Below, in pieces: positions 27,055-38,905 of a stretch of 64,000 nucleotides of DNA. The DNA is taken from the NCBI RefSeq assembly GCF_018350175.1, contig NC_058368.1, positions 55,244,001 to 55,308,000 of the forward strand. Reading direction: 5' to 3'. Source of the stretch: Felis catus. Lineage: Eukaryota. Below the pieces are notes generated by a model. It saw only the letters and a list, made by a program, of their open reading frames with translations, was not told the origin of the DNA and did no database searches. Numbering within the stretch: the stretch's first letter is position 1; each line of letters starts with the position of its first letter. The translations under genes were made by a program, and so were the position numbers.

Positions 27055-28012
27055 TAAAAATGCATTTGGAAATTTAAGTGTAATAAAATATTTAAAAAGC
27101 CATTCAGATTTCCTTAGAACTGTTGGGTAAGTCCAAGTACTGATGACATAGATTAAGTAACCCAAATTTTAAAGAAAGCCACTCCTAAACAAGACAAAAT
27201 AGTTTCTTCTGACTTATATGGCAGGCAGCCTTATTGCATAGAGCGTGATATCACTTCCACCTCCTTTCTATACTAGAAGGCCACTGGAGAGAGAGAGGGA
27301 GATGGTGTTTTGGATTTGTGACATAATGGGAATGTTGTGTATATATTCACAGCCATTTCTGTCAGCCTGTTCAAACCCTTCCACAGGAATGGTGGAAATT
27401 CCTCTGGACAGATTGATATGTTTCACACAAAACACGGTGGAACATAAGCCCGTGATTAGCCCAAGAGAAGAATTTATGATAGTAGGCTTGGAAGGAAATT
27501 TAGTGCAGTTTACTTGGAGAAGAGACTGATGCTACTTCCACCCTGCCCTCGTACTCTGCCTCGTTAGGTGGAATAAAAGAGTACCTCATCTCTTTTTCCT
27601 TTATGCAGAGAACTATGGAATTACTGAAAAACTACTAAGCCAGACTCTACTTGAGAGGAATTTACAATGTTAAGTTGGTTTGGTTAAGGGGCTGATATTA
27701 CCAGACCAAATCAGGGCACACCAGAGAAATCTCTCCAAGGCAGACATAATGTCTGTAATATAAGACAACTCTGCCTTCCCTCTCTGTCATCCCTTTTTTC
27801 AACCCTGAAACAACTAATCTCAAAACAACTTTTGTGAGGACACAGAAAATACAAGATCATTTTGTACCTCTCCCAAGTCCAAGTTTCCAAGTTACAAGTC
27901 TGCCTTGATGAGGGTAGGGGACTTTCTGATTTGGGCATGAAGATTTGAGATTTTAAGTGTTCTAGACTGATCATAATTTTTAATAACATATTAATTGTTA
28001 CTAGTTTTTCTG

Positions 28013-28060
<48 letters not shown>
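28013..28060. repeat. (TCTA)12 microsatellite
   Basis: Read directly from the sequence. Confidence 0.95.
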
Positions 28061-28214
28061 CATATTGATAAGTTAAAACAGCCCAAGCTTAGTTAAAACA
28101 ACCAGGGGAGTGAGGTTCAAATCTACTGAGGAAAATCCCATGTTGACTATCTCCAAAAGATACTCTTGTCTGATTCCTACTGCTTTCCAAAGTGAGCTTG
28201 CCTCTCCTAATTTT

Positions 28215-28431
28215 TTTAAAATCTTTTTTACATTTATTTATTTTTGAGAGACAGAGTGAGACAAAGTAAGAGTGGGGGAGGGGCAGAGAGAGGGAGACAC
28301 AGGATTGGAAGCAGGCTCCAGACTCTGAGCTGTCAGCACAGAGCCTGACGCAGGGCTTGAACCCACAGACCATGAGATCATGACCTGAGCTGAAGTCAGA
28401 CGCTCAACCATCTGAGCCACCCAGGCACCCC
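28215..28431 (-). mobile_element. CanSINE
   Basis: Full element in reverse orientation. Confidence 0.96.
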
Positions 28432-28522
28432 CCCCAAATTTTTTAAAGTAAATTAAAATTTACATCTGAAAACCTTTCATGTTTTGACTTTTGTACTCTT
28501 AAAAATGACCAAGGCTGGTTTC

Positions 28523-28744
28523 TTTTTTTTTTTTAATTTTTTTTTAATGTTTATTTATTTTTGAGACAGAGACAGAGCATGAATGGGGGAGGGTCAGAGA
28601 GAGAGGGAGACACAGAATCCGAAGCAGGCTCCAGGCTCTGAGCTGTCAGCACAGAGCCCGATGCGGGGCTCGAACTCACGGACTGCGAGATCATGACCTG
28701 AGCCGAAGTCAGACACTTAACCGACTGAGCCACCCAGGCGCCCC
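28523..28744 (-). mobile_element. CanSINE
   Basis: Full element; TSD aggctggtttc. Confidence 0.97.
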
Positions 28745-29099
28745 GAGGCTGGTTTCATGAATGTTTACTCAGGCTGAGAAAATTTTACTAACTTAGCAAA
28801 GCTAATATATTACCAAAAAGGGAATATTTATACCATTTCTATCAGTAATATAAAAATCAAGTCCTACCTTCAGTATTAAGTATGGTCCAGTTTTTCTTCA
28901 TTTGCCAAAGAGTAAAATGTGGTGGGAATACCAAAGTGAGGAAATGAAAAAATACCAACAATAATTAGCACTTACAGAGATCAGGAATATAAACAAGATG
29001 TCCTAGAAGACAGAAAAAAGAATTTTTACCTATGATTGTGAAATGGAAAAGGATCTTGGAAAATGGGTATTTAAGCTTAGCTGTAAAGAAGAAATATAT

Positions 29100-29127
29100 T
29101 TTTTAATTTTTTTAATGCGTATTTATT

Positions 29128-29174
<47 letters not shown>

Positions 29175-29344
29175 CAGAGTGTGAACAGGGGAAGGGGCAG
29201 AGAAAGACACACACACAGAATCTGAAGCAGGCTCCAGGCTCTGAGCTGTCAGCACAGAGCCTGATGCGGGCCTGAAACCACGAACCATGAGATCATGAGC
29301 TGAGCCGAAGTCAGACACTTAACCGACTGAGCACCCAGGCGCCC
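29100..29344 (-). mobile_element. CanSINE with expanded (GA)n
   Basis: Full element; imperfect TSD aagaagaa.ta. Confidence 0.96.
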
Positions 29345-29499
29345 AAGAAGAAGTATTTTTAAATGAACTTTTTATTTTGAAGTAATAGTAGATTGACATA
29401 AAGTTGCAAAGATAATATAGTGGACGGAAGCAAGAAGTATGACGTGTATATTGGCTATTGGGTACATGAGGATGCTGAGGGAAAGGTAATAGTCAGGAA

Positions 29500-30170
29500 T
29501 TCCTTTATCAGTTCCTTCTACAAATATCTACTGAGCTCCTACTTTATGCTGGTCAACTTTATAGACCCATGGTGACCATCAGTGAACAAGAGAGAGAAAA
29601 TATCCCTGTCAGCATAGGAATTATATTTTATCAAAGAAATGAAGATAAACACAATCAGCATAATGTATAGAAGCCAATAGTATATTTGAAAGTAATAGTA
29701 AAAAAAGCAAATATCAAGAACAAGTAAATGCTGATAAGGTTAAGAGGTGTTGGGAGGAGAAGAATTTGTGTCAGGAAAGATAAACGACTCTTTCAAGAAG
29801 ATTTATTGCAATAGGGAGCAAAGTAATGGAGTGATACCTAAAATAAGGAAGTGCAGTCAAGAGAAAGGCTTCTTTCCAGTAAAGTATGAGAAAGAACACC
29901 ATGCTTTTGTACCCGTGAGAGTGATAAAGTGGCTAATAAAAAAATTAAGATGTAGGAGAGTGAGAAGGGAAAACTGTTGGAGCAATGTCAGAATCAGCGA
30001 GAGAGCGTGATATATAGTGCATCACTCAAATGAATCCAGGGTTTCAGACTCAATCAACTAGGTGAAGCATGGTCCCACTCACTGAGGTAAGATACATAAG
30101 AGGAAAAGCAAGTTTGGAAAGGAAGAACATAAACTCACTTTTCCATGTGTTATAAGAGGGACATTCTTTA
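29500..30170 (-). mobile_element. L2 fragments
   Basis: caaatatctactgagctcctact, cagtgaacaag and gactctttcaagaag motifs of antisense L2. Confidence 0.6.
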
Positions 30171-30390
30171 GGAAATGTGCTTCTCTGTACTTTTATCTGG
30201 GGCAAGAATCCAAATAGAGGTCTAAATATAACATGCTAACTAAAATTTACAAATAAAACCAACAAATAAATAATATATATTATATCTTCCTACCTTGACA
30301 ACCATCTCTTAACAATGGAAAAATAGAAGGAATAGGTCGTAATCTTTGGTTATGTAACCAAAAGCTGGCAAACTTGCAAAGGCAAAATGA

Positions 30391-30705
30391 TTTTTTCCTA
30401 CTTTATTGGGACATAATTGACATACAGCATTGTATAAGCTTAAGGTGTATAGTGTGATGATGTATGTGTATATACTACAAAATGATGAGCACAATAAGAT
30501 TAACACATCCAGCAAAACACGTAGTTAGCATTTATGTGTGTGTGGTGAGACCACTTAAGATCTACTCTCTTAGCAACTTTCCCATATACAAGACAGTGTT
30601 GCTAACTATAATCACCATACTGTACATTAGTTCTCAAATTACTTATCTTATAATTAGAAGTTTATATCTTTTGACCACCTTCACCTATCCTATTTGTTCC
30701 ACCCA
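30391..30705 (-). mobile_element. L1 3' end (L1MA9/L1_Carn-like)
   Basis: ataattgacatacagcattgtataag, gtggtgagaccacttaagatctactctcttagcaacttt. Confidence 0.88.
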
Positions 30706-33670
30706 CCTATATCTGAAAATATATGTATATGTATAAACACACACATATATATATATATTTTATATGAAGGGCACCATTATTTCTCTGAATAATTTAGTAG
30801 CATCTTGTTTAAAGTAAATGTTATTACATCACAGTAATTAATCATCATCCTCACTGAGTGTTTTGGGAATAACTACAGGTTAAGATATAATGTGGCCACA
30901 AAAATATTCAAAATGTAGACAAGTACAGAAAATATTCTATGTAATCTTTGATTGATATAAAAACTCTAATAGCTATCTGTTGATCCTGTGTCTCACAGTG
31001 ACAAATATAAACTATGTACTGCCAATTGAAAAAAAAAGATTCTGGACTTTAGTCAAAATTTGGTTGCTGCTGAAAAACTCATTTCTCATTATCCTCTCTC
31101 TTAGAGCCATGAAGATAATGCCAAAGACAATCATTTTAAGTTCACTAAATACCACTAAACTTTTAGTTGTTTATTTGAAAAATGTGAATGTATTATATTA
31201 TATATTTATTTTAAATTCATAATTCTAGTATTCAACATTATCCAATTATCAAAAAAGCATTGGTATCATTCTTCACGTATGCTGTATCTATCTGGCTATC
31301 TAACTATACTGAGATTAATTATTTAATATTCTAAAATCTTTCTGAGCCATCACGTTCAATGGTTGTGAATGCCATGTTAACAGAGTGCCGCTGGAACCAA
31401 GATGCGGAACAGAAAGAGAAGAAAATTGACACTTGGCACTATTGGAAAAAAACACTTCATTATACTAGAATCACTGAGTTCATGCAGTCTAAGTGGAAAG
31501 ATTTGAAAAGGTAAATGAAATATCTTTTCATTTCTGCCAGTTAAATCCTCCCTGAACTCTGAAGCAGTATCTCTCTCCAGTATTGCTAGTGGTGTACCCT
31601 TGTTCTCTTCAAAGCATTTTTAAGCAGTCAACATCTGTTTCAATGACTTAGAGCAACCAAAGTAAAGAAATATATTCTTCTCTTTACTCTTGATTCTGTG
31701 TGGTATAGGGGTGTGTGTGTGTGTGTGTGTGTGTAAGAGACAGAGAGAGAAGTGGGCCCTCTTTAGCTTGGGGCCCATGTCAGCGGATTATTGTTCCAGA
31801 GTCTAGGGAAGTAATGAATGGGAGAGAGTGAACTGGAAATTGAGTGTATGCAAATGGAATCATTGGAACTCCTGTGATTCTACATGAAGAGTGAGAAGAT
31901 AATCTAGGATTGAATTTCCGAGGGGGAAATAGATTTGGGTAGGAAATAAGAATACAATGCAAATTCTAAAGAACAACCAGAAAAGTGGGAGGAAGGAGCA
32001 CCTGGGATCATAGAACATAAAATGAGAGAATGACAATGAGGTAAACAAACAAATGCTACTAAGATAAAGTCTAGAAATAATTTTATTGTGAAGATTCTGT
32101 TAATTGTCTACCTAATAGCATCTTCCCACCTTTTTCTTTGCTAAGTGAATCTTAGTCTGAAGATATAGGAAAAAATTAGAATCCTGTTCTCCACTGAAGC
32201 AATGAATGACCATATATCCCAGTTTTGGTCAATGAGATAGAAGAGAAAACTCCTTTGGAGAGCTTTCCTGAGAGAGGTTTTGCACACTTGAATCAAGGGG
32301 TAACAGACAAACTTCATGTGATCCTTTCTGGAGTTGAATATTTTGAAACTGTTGCAGCCAGCATTTGATGTGGAAGAACAAGCCAAGATATTGACAAGGT
32401 CCAGCTCTGATATCATTGTGCTATTTTACTTATAATAGCAGCTACCTGCCTCCAGATTCCTTGTTAAGTAGGGGTGGGGAGTGTGGAGAGGGAATAGAAA
32501 ATAAAAATTAAAAAAAAAAACAACAATAAAATGGTTAGCATAAACTGCAGTGAGTAATGTTTTTTTTGTTTGTTTTTTTTTTTTTTTTTTTTTTTTGCTT
32601 GTTTGGTTGATTGCTGATGTTGTTTTAACAGATTAAGACATTTTACTTGTTACATATGGATTAACAATTAGAATTGAAGAGATCAGTAATCCTGGAGGTG
32701 TGTGACTGCAAACTATTTTGTGGTAAATTGGAAAATGAAGTGGGAGGCGGAACAAGAGAGAATGAGGGTTAGACCTTTTCAATAGCCTTTGCTCAGGAAG
32801 TTGGGCAGGCTAGATGGATACATGAATTTGAAGGAAGTTATTTTTAATTTTTGGCTTTATTATATACCTTTTAAAATATATCTTTAAAAACATATTTTGT
32901 AGTCAGAGAGGTTTGGATTTAAATCCTGGTTCCACAACTTCCATTAGGTAATTAAACAAATCCCTTAATGTCACCAAGCATAAGTTTCTTTACATCTTAA
33001 AAAGAGATTTTGATAAATTTAATATTATTCTATTGAATTGGCAGAAAAATCAGAAGCAGAAGCAGTGCTAGTTAATTCATATTTCTAGTCTCTTTCAAAT
33101 AAATTACACTGCTCTTGAATTTAATATTGTTCTTTTTTGACAATGATTAATATGATGATTATTGATGAGTACAAGCTGACTCTCAGTTAACTCTTGAAAC
33201 GTATGTATATCTGTTTCATAATGATAGATAATAGGACAATTTATGATGGATAAACAATAAATCACTGGAAGAAAGAGGTCACTAGAAATGTAAATATTTA
33301 TAGATAGTGAAATAGATCAAAAACTTTGTGATGAATTAAAGCAATAGAGAGCACATTTATTTCTTAATTGTCAATTATTTTCATGACTGATGTACCTCCC
33401 ATAAGGAATGTTATGATGATAAACAAAAGACTCTTAAGTGAGCAATTTTTAAAAATCTGGCTGATATCAGTTTGTTTACTGCATTAGTCACATACAACTT
33501 TCTTATTCTGAACACAAAGTAATAATTTGAAGAATCACTGAGGGTTGAACAATGTCATGTTAATTAATGGACAATATGATTTAAAAAATTAGCAAGAATT
33601 ACAGAATGATTATTTCTAAACACACATAAACATATGCATTTTTAGTCGTGCAATATGATTTTGTATATTA

Positions 33671-33879
33671 TTTTTTTTTAATTTTTAAAAATTTATTTAT
33701 TTTGAGAGAGACAGAGTGAGTGGGGGAGGGGCAGAGAGAGGGAGAGAGAGAATCCCAGGCAGGCTCCACACTGTCAGTGTGGAGGCCAATGTGGGGCTCA
33801 AACTAAGGAACTGTGAGATCATGCCCTGAGACAAAACCAAGAGTCAAATGCTTAACCAACTGAGCCCCCTAAGCAACTC
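33671..33879 (-). mobile_element. Older CanSINE
   Basis: Diverged element; TSD tgatttt(g/c)tatatt. Confidence 0.93.
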
Positions 33880-35170
33880 TGATTTTCTATATTCTTATAA
33901 ATTATTCTGACTTAATTGGGAAAGGGTTAAAAATATATTATGTAGTATGTACTTTGTGAGAGGCAATATGAAAAGCACTTAATTACCTAGTGCCGACTCA
34001 CAAAAATCATAAGAAAATTTCCACTTTATAGACAAAAACAAAAGTCAGTGAGATATAATAATTAGCCAATGTTTTAACATCTAATGAGGGCTGATTACAA
34101 ATCTATTTGCCTCTCTGTTTTGCTGCCTCCAAAAACATTTAAATTCATTTTTTATCATGTTATATTTGATACATTAACGTTTTATTCATACTAGAATGCT
34201 TCCTTTTGGAAAGAAAACATATCATTGTAAACAAAAATCATTTGCCTATATATTTTTAGGTGAGCAATATGAATAGTTATGTTTGTACAAATCAGAGCAT
34301 AATTAATATCTCTTAATGGTCAAAGAAATTATATTCATGTGTAGAGTACAGAAATCTGAAGATTCATCCTTGAAAGGGATGCCCTGGACTTTCATATATT
34401 CATCCATATCCACATTCTATCATCTTTATCTTTTTTCATGATAATATAATAAGATATTACATAATATATATAGTAGATGAAACATTGACAAATATCATCA
34501 ATGAAGTATTTCCAGTGTTATTAGAAAATAATAAAAAATTGTTCTCTTTTTGGAAATGAAGAAAAAAACAAGATTACACCAAACTATCTCTCCCTTTGAC
34601 AACACTTATAAACTCTGGGTTAAATAAAATTAAACAAATGTTTGAGGGCATAAGGAAGCAAACAAAAAGGCAGAAAATTAGAGAGGTTATATCATTTAAA
34701 ACGAGGAGAGAAAACAAGGGGGACTCCCGGTTTAACTGGCATATCACTTCAGTGTACTCCTCGAATAACATAGAGCCCACGACAAAGAGTACAAGAGAAA
34801 AGCAGCAGCTTCATTACACTGAAGATTCAGAGGTTGGAATCAGAGCTGGAACTGCTGAGAATCACAGGGGAGATTCTAGAAAAGAGGGAGCCACTCAGAG
34901 CTGCGCATGTGTCAAACTCAACTCAAAAGATTTGCTAATTTTTAAGTCATGCATTCACAAAGTGAGACTCTAAGAAATATAGCAGAAATCAACACTTGAA
35001 GCCTAAAAATGATATGTATAAATTTAATAGCTGCCCAAAGCTTGTGAAAGAGAGTTTGGATAAATTACTGCCAATTTAGCGGGTTTTGATGAACACTTTG
35101 GACTTACTATTGAAACTCTAGATAATCCAAATTTAAGAGAAACACATCACAGAGCTCAGAGGTGCATCTT

Positions 35171-35899
35171 TGTGGGGGATAAGCTTAGGAATTCCCTGAG
35201 CTTTCACTGGTGGGTTAACAAGGTATAAAGAATTAGAAAGCCACAGGATGAACATAGCCAAGTATGGTAAAAAGATTTGGTAAACAAGATTAGGTAAACA
35301 GGGCAAAGGTCCCCAGTATAGGACAAAGGTATAGGAATAGGAAGTCTCAGGATGGAAGCATCCAAAATGAGGTAAACAAGATTAGGTGTTCAGGGTGGAA
35401 ACACTCCCCAACTTAGTGCAATAGCAGAAAGCTGCTTTCATGGGAAGGAAGGGCAAAAGTAGGAAAACAGGACTTTAGATGCAAGTAGGGCGAAGATGCC
35501 CAGAGGGGAGCTAACTAGCAAAAGAAGGTGCCTTGTTGACCCTGAGGTAGCATGCTCTGTCTTTCTTGTCCCCTAGGCCAGTTTAGGTAAACAGAGGTGG
35601 TACCTTATGTCTGCTGTAAACAACTTTCCCACCGGCTCCAGGATTTTGTTTTGTATTGACCCAAACCCCTAAAACTGCATATCTTCAAAACCCCCTTTTC
35701 CTCACACCTGTGAGTTATTGTTTACAATTTCATTGTCTCTTTGTACACATCCATCATGCTTGTAAGTCTTCTGATCCTAATAAAAACAGCAAGGACCCTT
35801 ACTCGGGGCTCTTGTCTCCTCCCGGACAGTAGCCTCTCTGAATCCTGCATCTGCTCTCTTGCTCGATAAGAGAGAACTCCAGACCCAGAGTCTATGACA
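35171..35899 (+). mobile_element. Solo LTR, 729 bp, probably ERVK/betaretrovirus-like and carnivore-specific
   Basis: TGTGGGG...GACA termini, 6-bp TSD catctt/catcct, AATAAA at ~35779 and internal direct repeats ggtaaacaagattaggt. Confidence 0.85.
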
Positions 35900-36084
35900 C
35901 ATCCTAAGCCCAAGGGCAAAATCAAAATGGTTATACTATTGGACAACACCCAAAAGAAAGACCTCACAGTATCAAGGGGATGTACCAAAAATTTAGCAAC
36001 TGACCCCCCAAAAGTAACACTTTTCAACAAAAATAACAGAATTCAGAATTTTTACCTACACATCATAAAAATGTGCAAGATTGT

Positions 36085-36290
36085 GGGGCTCCTGCTTGGC
36101 TCAGTTGGGTTAAGTGTCTGACTTTGGCTCAAGTCATGATCTTGCAGTTCCTGGTTTCGAGCCCCACACCAGGCTCTGTGCCTACAGCTCAGAGCCAAGA
36201 GCCTGCTTTAGATTCTGTGTCTCCCTCTCTCTCTGCCCCTCCCCACTCATGCTCTGTCTATCTCTCTCAAAAATAAGTAAAAACATTTAA
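36085..36290 (+). mobile_element. CanSINE
   Basis: Head, CT tract and A tail; flanking repeat tgcaagatt. Confidence 0.95.
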
Positions 36291-36542
36291 AAATGCAAGA
36301 TTAAAAAAATACAATTTAAAAAAAATAGGAAATATGACCCATGATAAAAAGAGAAAGACGGTCAATGGAAGTGGACCAAATAACAATATTTATATTGGAA
36401 TTAGAAATAAAAATACTTTAATAATTGTTAAAAATATTTTTAAATGCTTCAATTGAAGATAGATATAATAAGTGAAAAGTTGGAGAATTTCAAGGGAAAT
36501 ATGTAAATTCTACAAAAGAACCAAATGGAAAAACTTAAATTG

Positions 36543-36545
<3 letters not shown>

Positions 36546-36626
<81 letters not shown>
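36546..36626. repeat. (TA)n microsatellite with a short TG interruption
   Basis: Read directly from the sequence. Confidence 0.95.
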
Positions 36627-36630
<4 letters not shown>

Positions 36631-37136
36631 TGAGATTAAAAATTTATTATCTACTCTCTGGCAATAAAAAGATCCTTGACCTTAAAGACAGGTACATATG
36701 TATTAGCCAACATGAAGATAGGTACATTAATAGAATCCCACAGAGCCAGAAAAAAGAATTGTATAAAAATAAGCAGAACTTCTATGTGGAATTATATTAA
36801 GCCTAAATGTAATTAAAATTCTAGAAGGAAAGGAAAGAAACATTGTATTAGCTAATGTGTTTTGTGAGGGCATATGTGTGTTTTGGAAACTTTTTGCCAA
36901 ATCAGTCCTCAGGTCCAAGAATTGTAGTGAACCTCAAGTATGATAAATCTATAGAAAACACACATTTGAACACATCACAGTCATAAAGGAAATATAAAGA
37001 AAACTTTTTCAAAGCAATTGTGAGCACAGCAAGGAGAATACACCACATGAAGGAAAATGATACAAACTACGATTGAATTCTCACCCAAAGGAACATAGAC
37101 TAAATTAGAGTAGAACATTTTTAAAGCAACAGTTTT

Positions 37137-37365
37137 GGGGTGCCTGGGTGGCTCAGTTGGTTAAGAGTCCCACTCTTGATTTTGGCTCAGGTCATGATCT
37201 CACAGTCTGTGAGATTGAGCCCTGCATCAGGCTCTGCACGGGCAGCACGAAGCCTGCTTGGAATTCTCTTTCTCTCTCTCTCTCTCTGCCTCTCCCTGGC
37301 TTGTTCTCTCTCTGTCTCTCCTTTCTCTTTCTCTCTCTCTCTCAAAAATAAAGAAATAAGTAATA
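37137..37365 (+). mobile_element. CanSINE
   Basis: ggggtgcctgggtggctcagttggttaag head, long CT tract and A tail. Confidence 0.95.
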
Positions 37366-37709
37366 ACTTTTTTTTTTCAACTTGGATTTTTAACTTGAAT
37401 GAAAGTATTCTCAAAAATGAAGTAAAAGTTGAAAGACTGTCATGGCAAGAGCTATCCCCTAATTGTGTTAGTATGCTGTGCAGTGTATGTCGTACTGTGG
37501 GTTTTTACTTTCTACTTTTTAAATATAGTACACTGTATGTGTAGAAGGGATTTTGACTGAATTATGTGAGGAATAATTACTCAGGGTTGAAATGCTGAGT
37601 GTTATTTCGTTACTTTAGAAATCATTTCATTTTTTTTAGTCAGGTGATATTATTTTGAAATTTCATTGTGAAAAAATGTTTTTGTGAGGATGCTGTTGCC
37701 ATTTGGACT

Positions 37710-38100
37710 GTGTTGTATAGTTTTTGTCATATCTATTCGATTCTCTTACTAGTGTTTCTCTCTGTAATTTAAAGGCCAGACAGGTAAAAGCTACATTTCC
37801 AAGTCTATTTTGGAGTTAGGATTCTGGGGCATCTGAGGCTTGGCCAATCAGATGTAGTCATAAGACTTGGAAAGTGAACATTATGTAGAAGCCAGGCGTC
37901 TGCTACTGCTTTTCTTTCAACTCCCTGGCAGCGTTCATGTTTTGGGAGTTTCAGTGTCAGCATTAGTGGATGTCTCAACGGGCAGACATCTGTTTCATGA
38001 GTGCTGAGAGGCTAGATCTGGGCCAGTCAATGTGCTGATAACAGAGCATAACTAGTAATGCACATTCTGCACTAATAGCTTCCTTTTTCTGGTGATTTCC
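37710..38100. mobile_element. Old ERVL-type LTR fragment (LTR33-like, tentative), possibly continuing near 38590-38657
   Basis: Motifs aaggccagacaggtaaaagctacatttcca and ggccaatcagatg. Confidence 0.45.
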
Positions 38101-38104
38101 ACAT

Positions 38105-38515
38105 TGTCAGGAGGTCAGCTCTGCAGGGAGAGAGCAAGCTGAGCTCTCAGGTGTCAGAGTAGCCAACTGAATCCATAAACTAAAAATGGCAGTTGAGCTA
38201 ACCACTTACTGAGATGATATAAACAACAGTCTAAAACTGGAGAAAACAAGGACACCCTCTTTTCCATTTTCCCCTGAGGAGTAGTCAGGGGTTGAGGGTC
38301 AGGTGGATCAGCGCAGTCATGTGGGTTCTCTATCTGTTGAGGGAGGGCAGACAAAAGATTGGCAGTTTGATAGGCCTCAGGGCTGGGGCTGTGCACAAGG
38401 CCTGGTGTGGAGCATGCAGCTTTTTCATAGGACTCTCAGGTGAATCCTTCATAATTGCCTATGGTCAGGCCTGAAAAAAGCACTTAAGTTCTTAACTAGG
38501 AACTGGCCACCTTAT
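38105..38515 (-). mobile_element. Solo LTR of the same family as 18552-19200, internally shorter
   Basis: The reverse complement shares ttttcagg(c/t)ctgaccata and ttggctactctga...tcctgaca with the 18552 LTR. Confidence 0.8.
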
Positions 38516-38657
38516 ATATCTTAGCTTCTTAGTGTGGCACTTGGTGTGATTAGTATCATCTAGAGGCTTTCTGATTATAATACCTTTGTGACAAAACTCT
38601 GTCACACAGCTCTTGGAATAATTCCTGAAAACACAACTTGAAATAGGTTTGTTCAGT

Positions 38658-38905
38658 CTTCTTTTTATTTTTTAATTTTAAGTTTTTAATCTTTATTTAT
38701 TCTTAACAGAGAGAGAGAGAGACAAAGAGAGACAGAGTGTGAGTGGGGGAGGAGCAGAGAGAGAGGGAAACACAGAATCCAAAGCAGGCTTCAGGCTCTG
38801 AACTGTCAACACAGAGCCCAACGTGAGGCTCGAACTCACAAACCGTGAGATCATGACCTGAGCTGAAGTCAGATGCTTAACCAACTGAGCCACCCAGGTG
38901 CCCCC
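38658..38905 (-). mobile_element. CanSINE
   Basis: Full element; TSD gtttgttcagt. Confidence 0.97.

Larger units (their letters stand above)
34570..37125 (+). mobile_element. Old L1 5'/ORF1 region, interrupted by an LTR, a SINE and (TA)n
   Basis: ORF1-like motifs (aaaagaaccaaatggaaaaa, gtagtgaacctcaagtatgataaat, acacatcacagtcat). Confidence 0.6.

Noticed and set aside
27585..27680. Strong splice-acceptor-like site (ctttttcctttatgcag) as a possible exon
   Set aside because: All three frames reach a stop within about 65 nt, the peptide is unrecognisable and the donor site is poor.
34596..34973. 125-aa ORF
   Set aside because: Non-ATG start, lies in decayed L1 5' sequence, and has no recognisable domain.
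36525..36800. ORF with YIYIYI repeats
   Set aside because: Translation of a (TA)n microsatellite.
37140..37544. 134-aa ORF
   Set aside because: Starts in a SINE and runs through its CT tract; low complexity.
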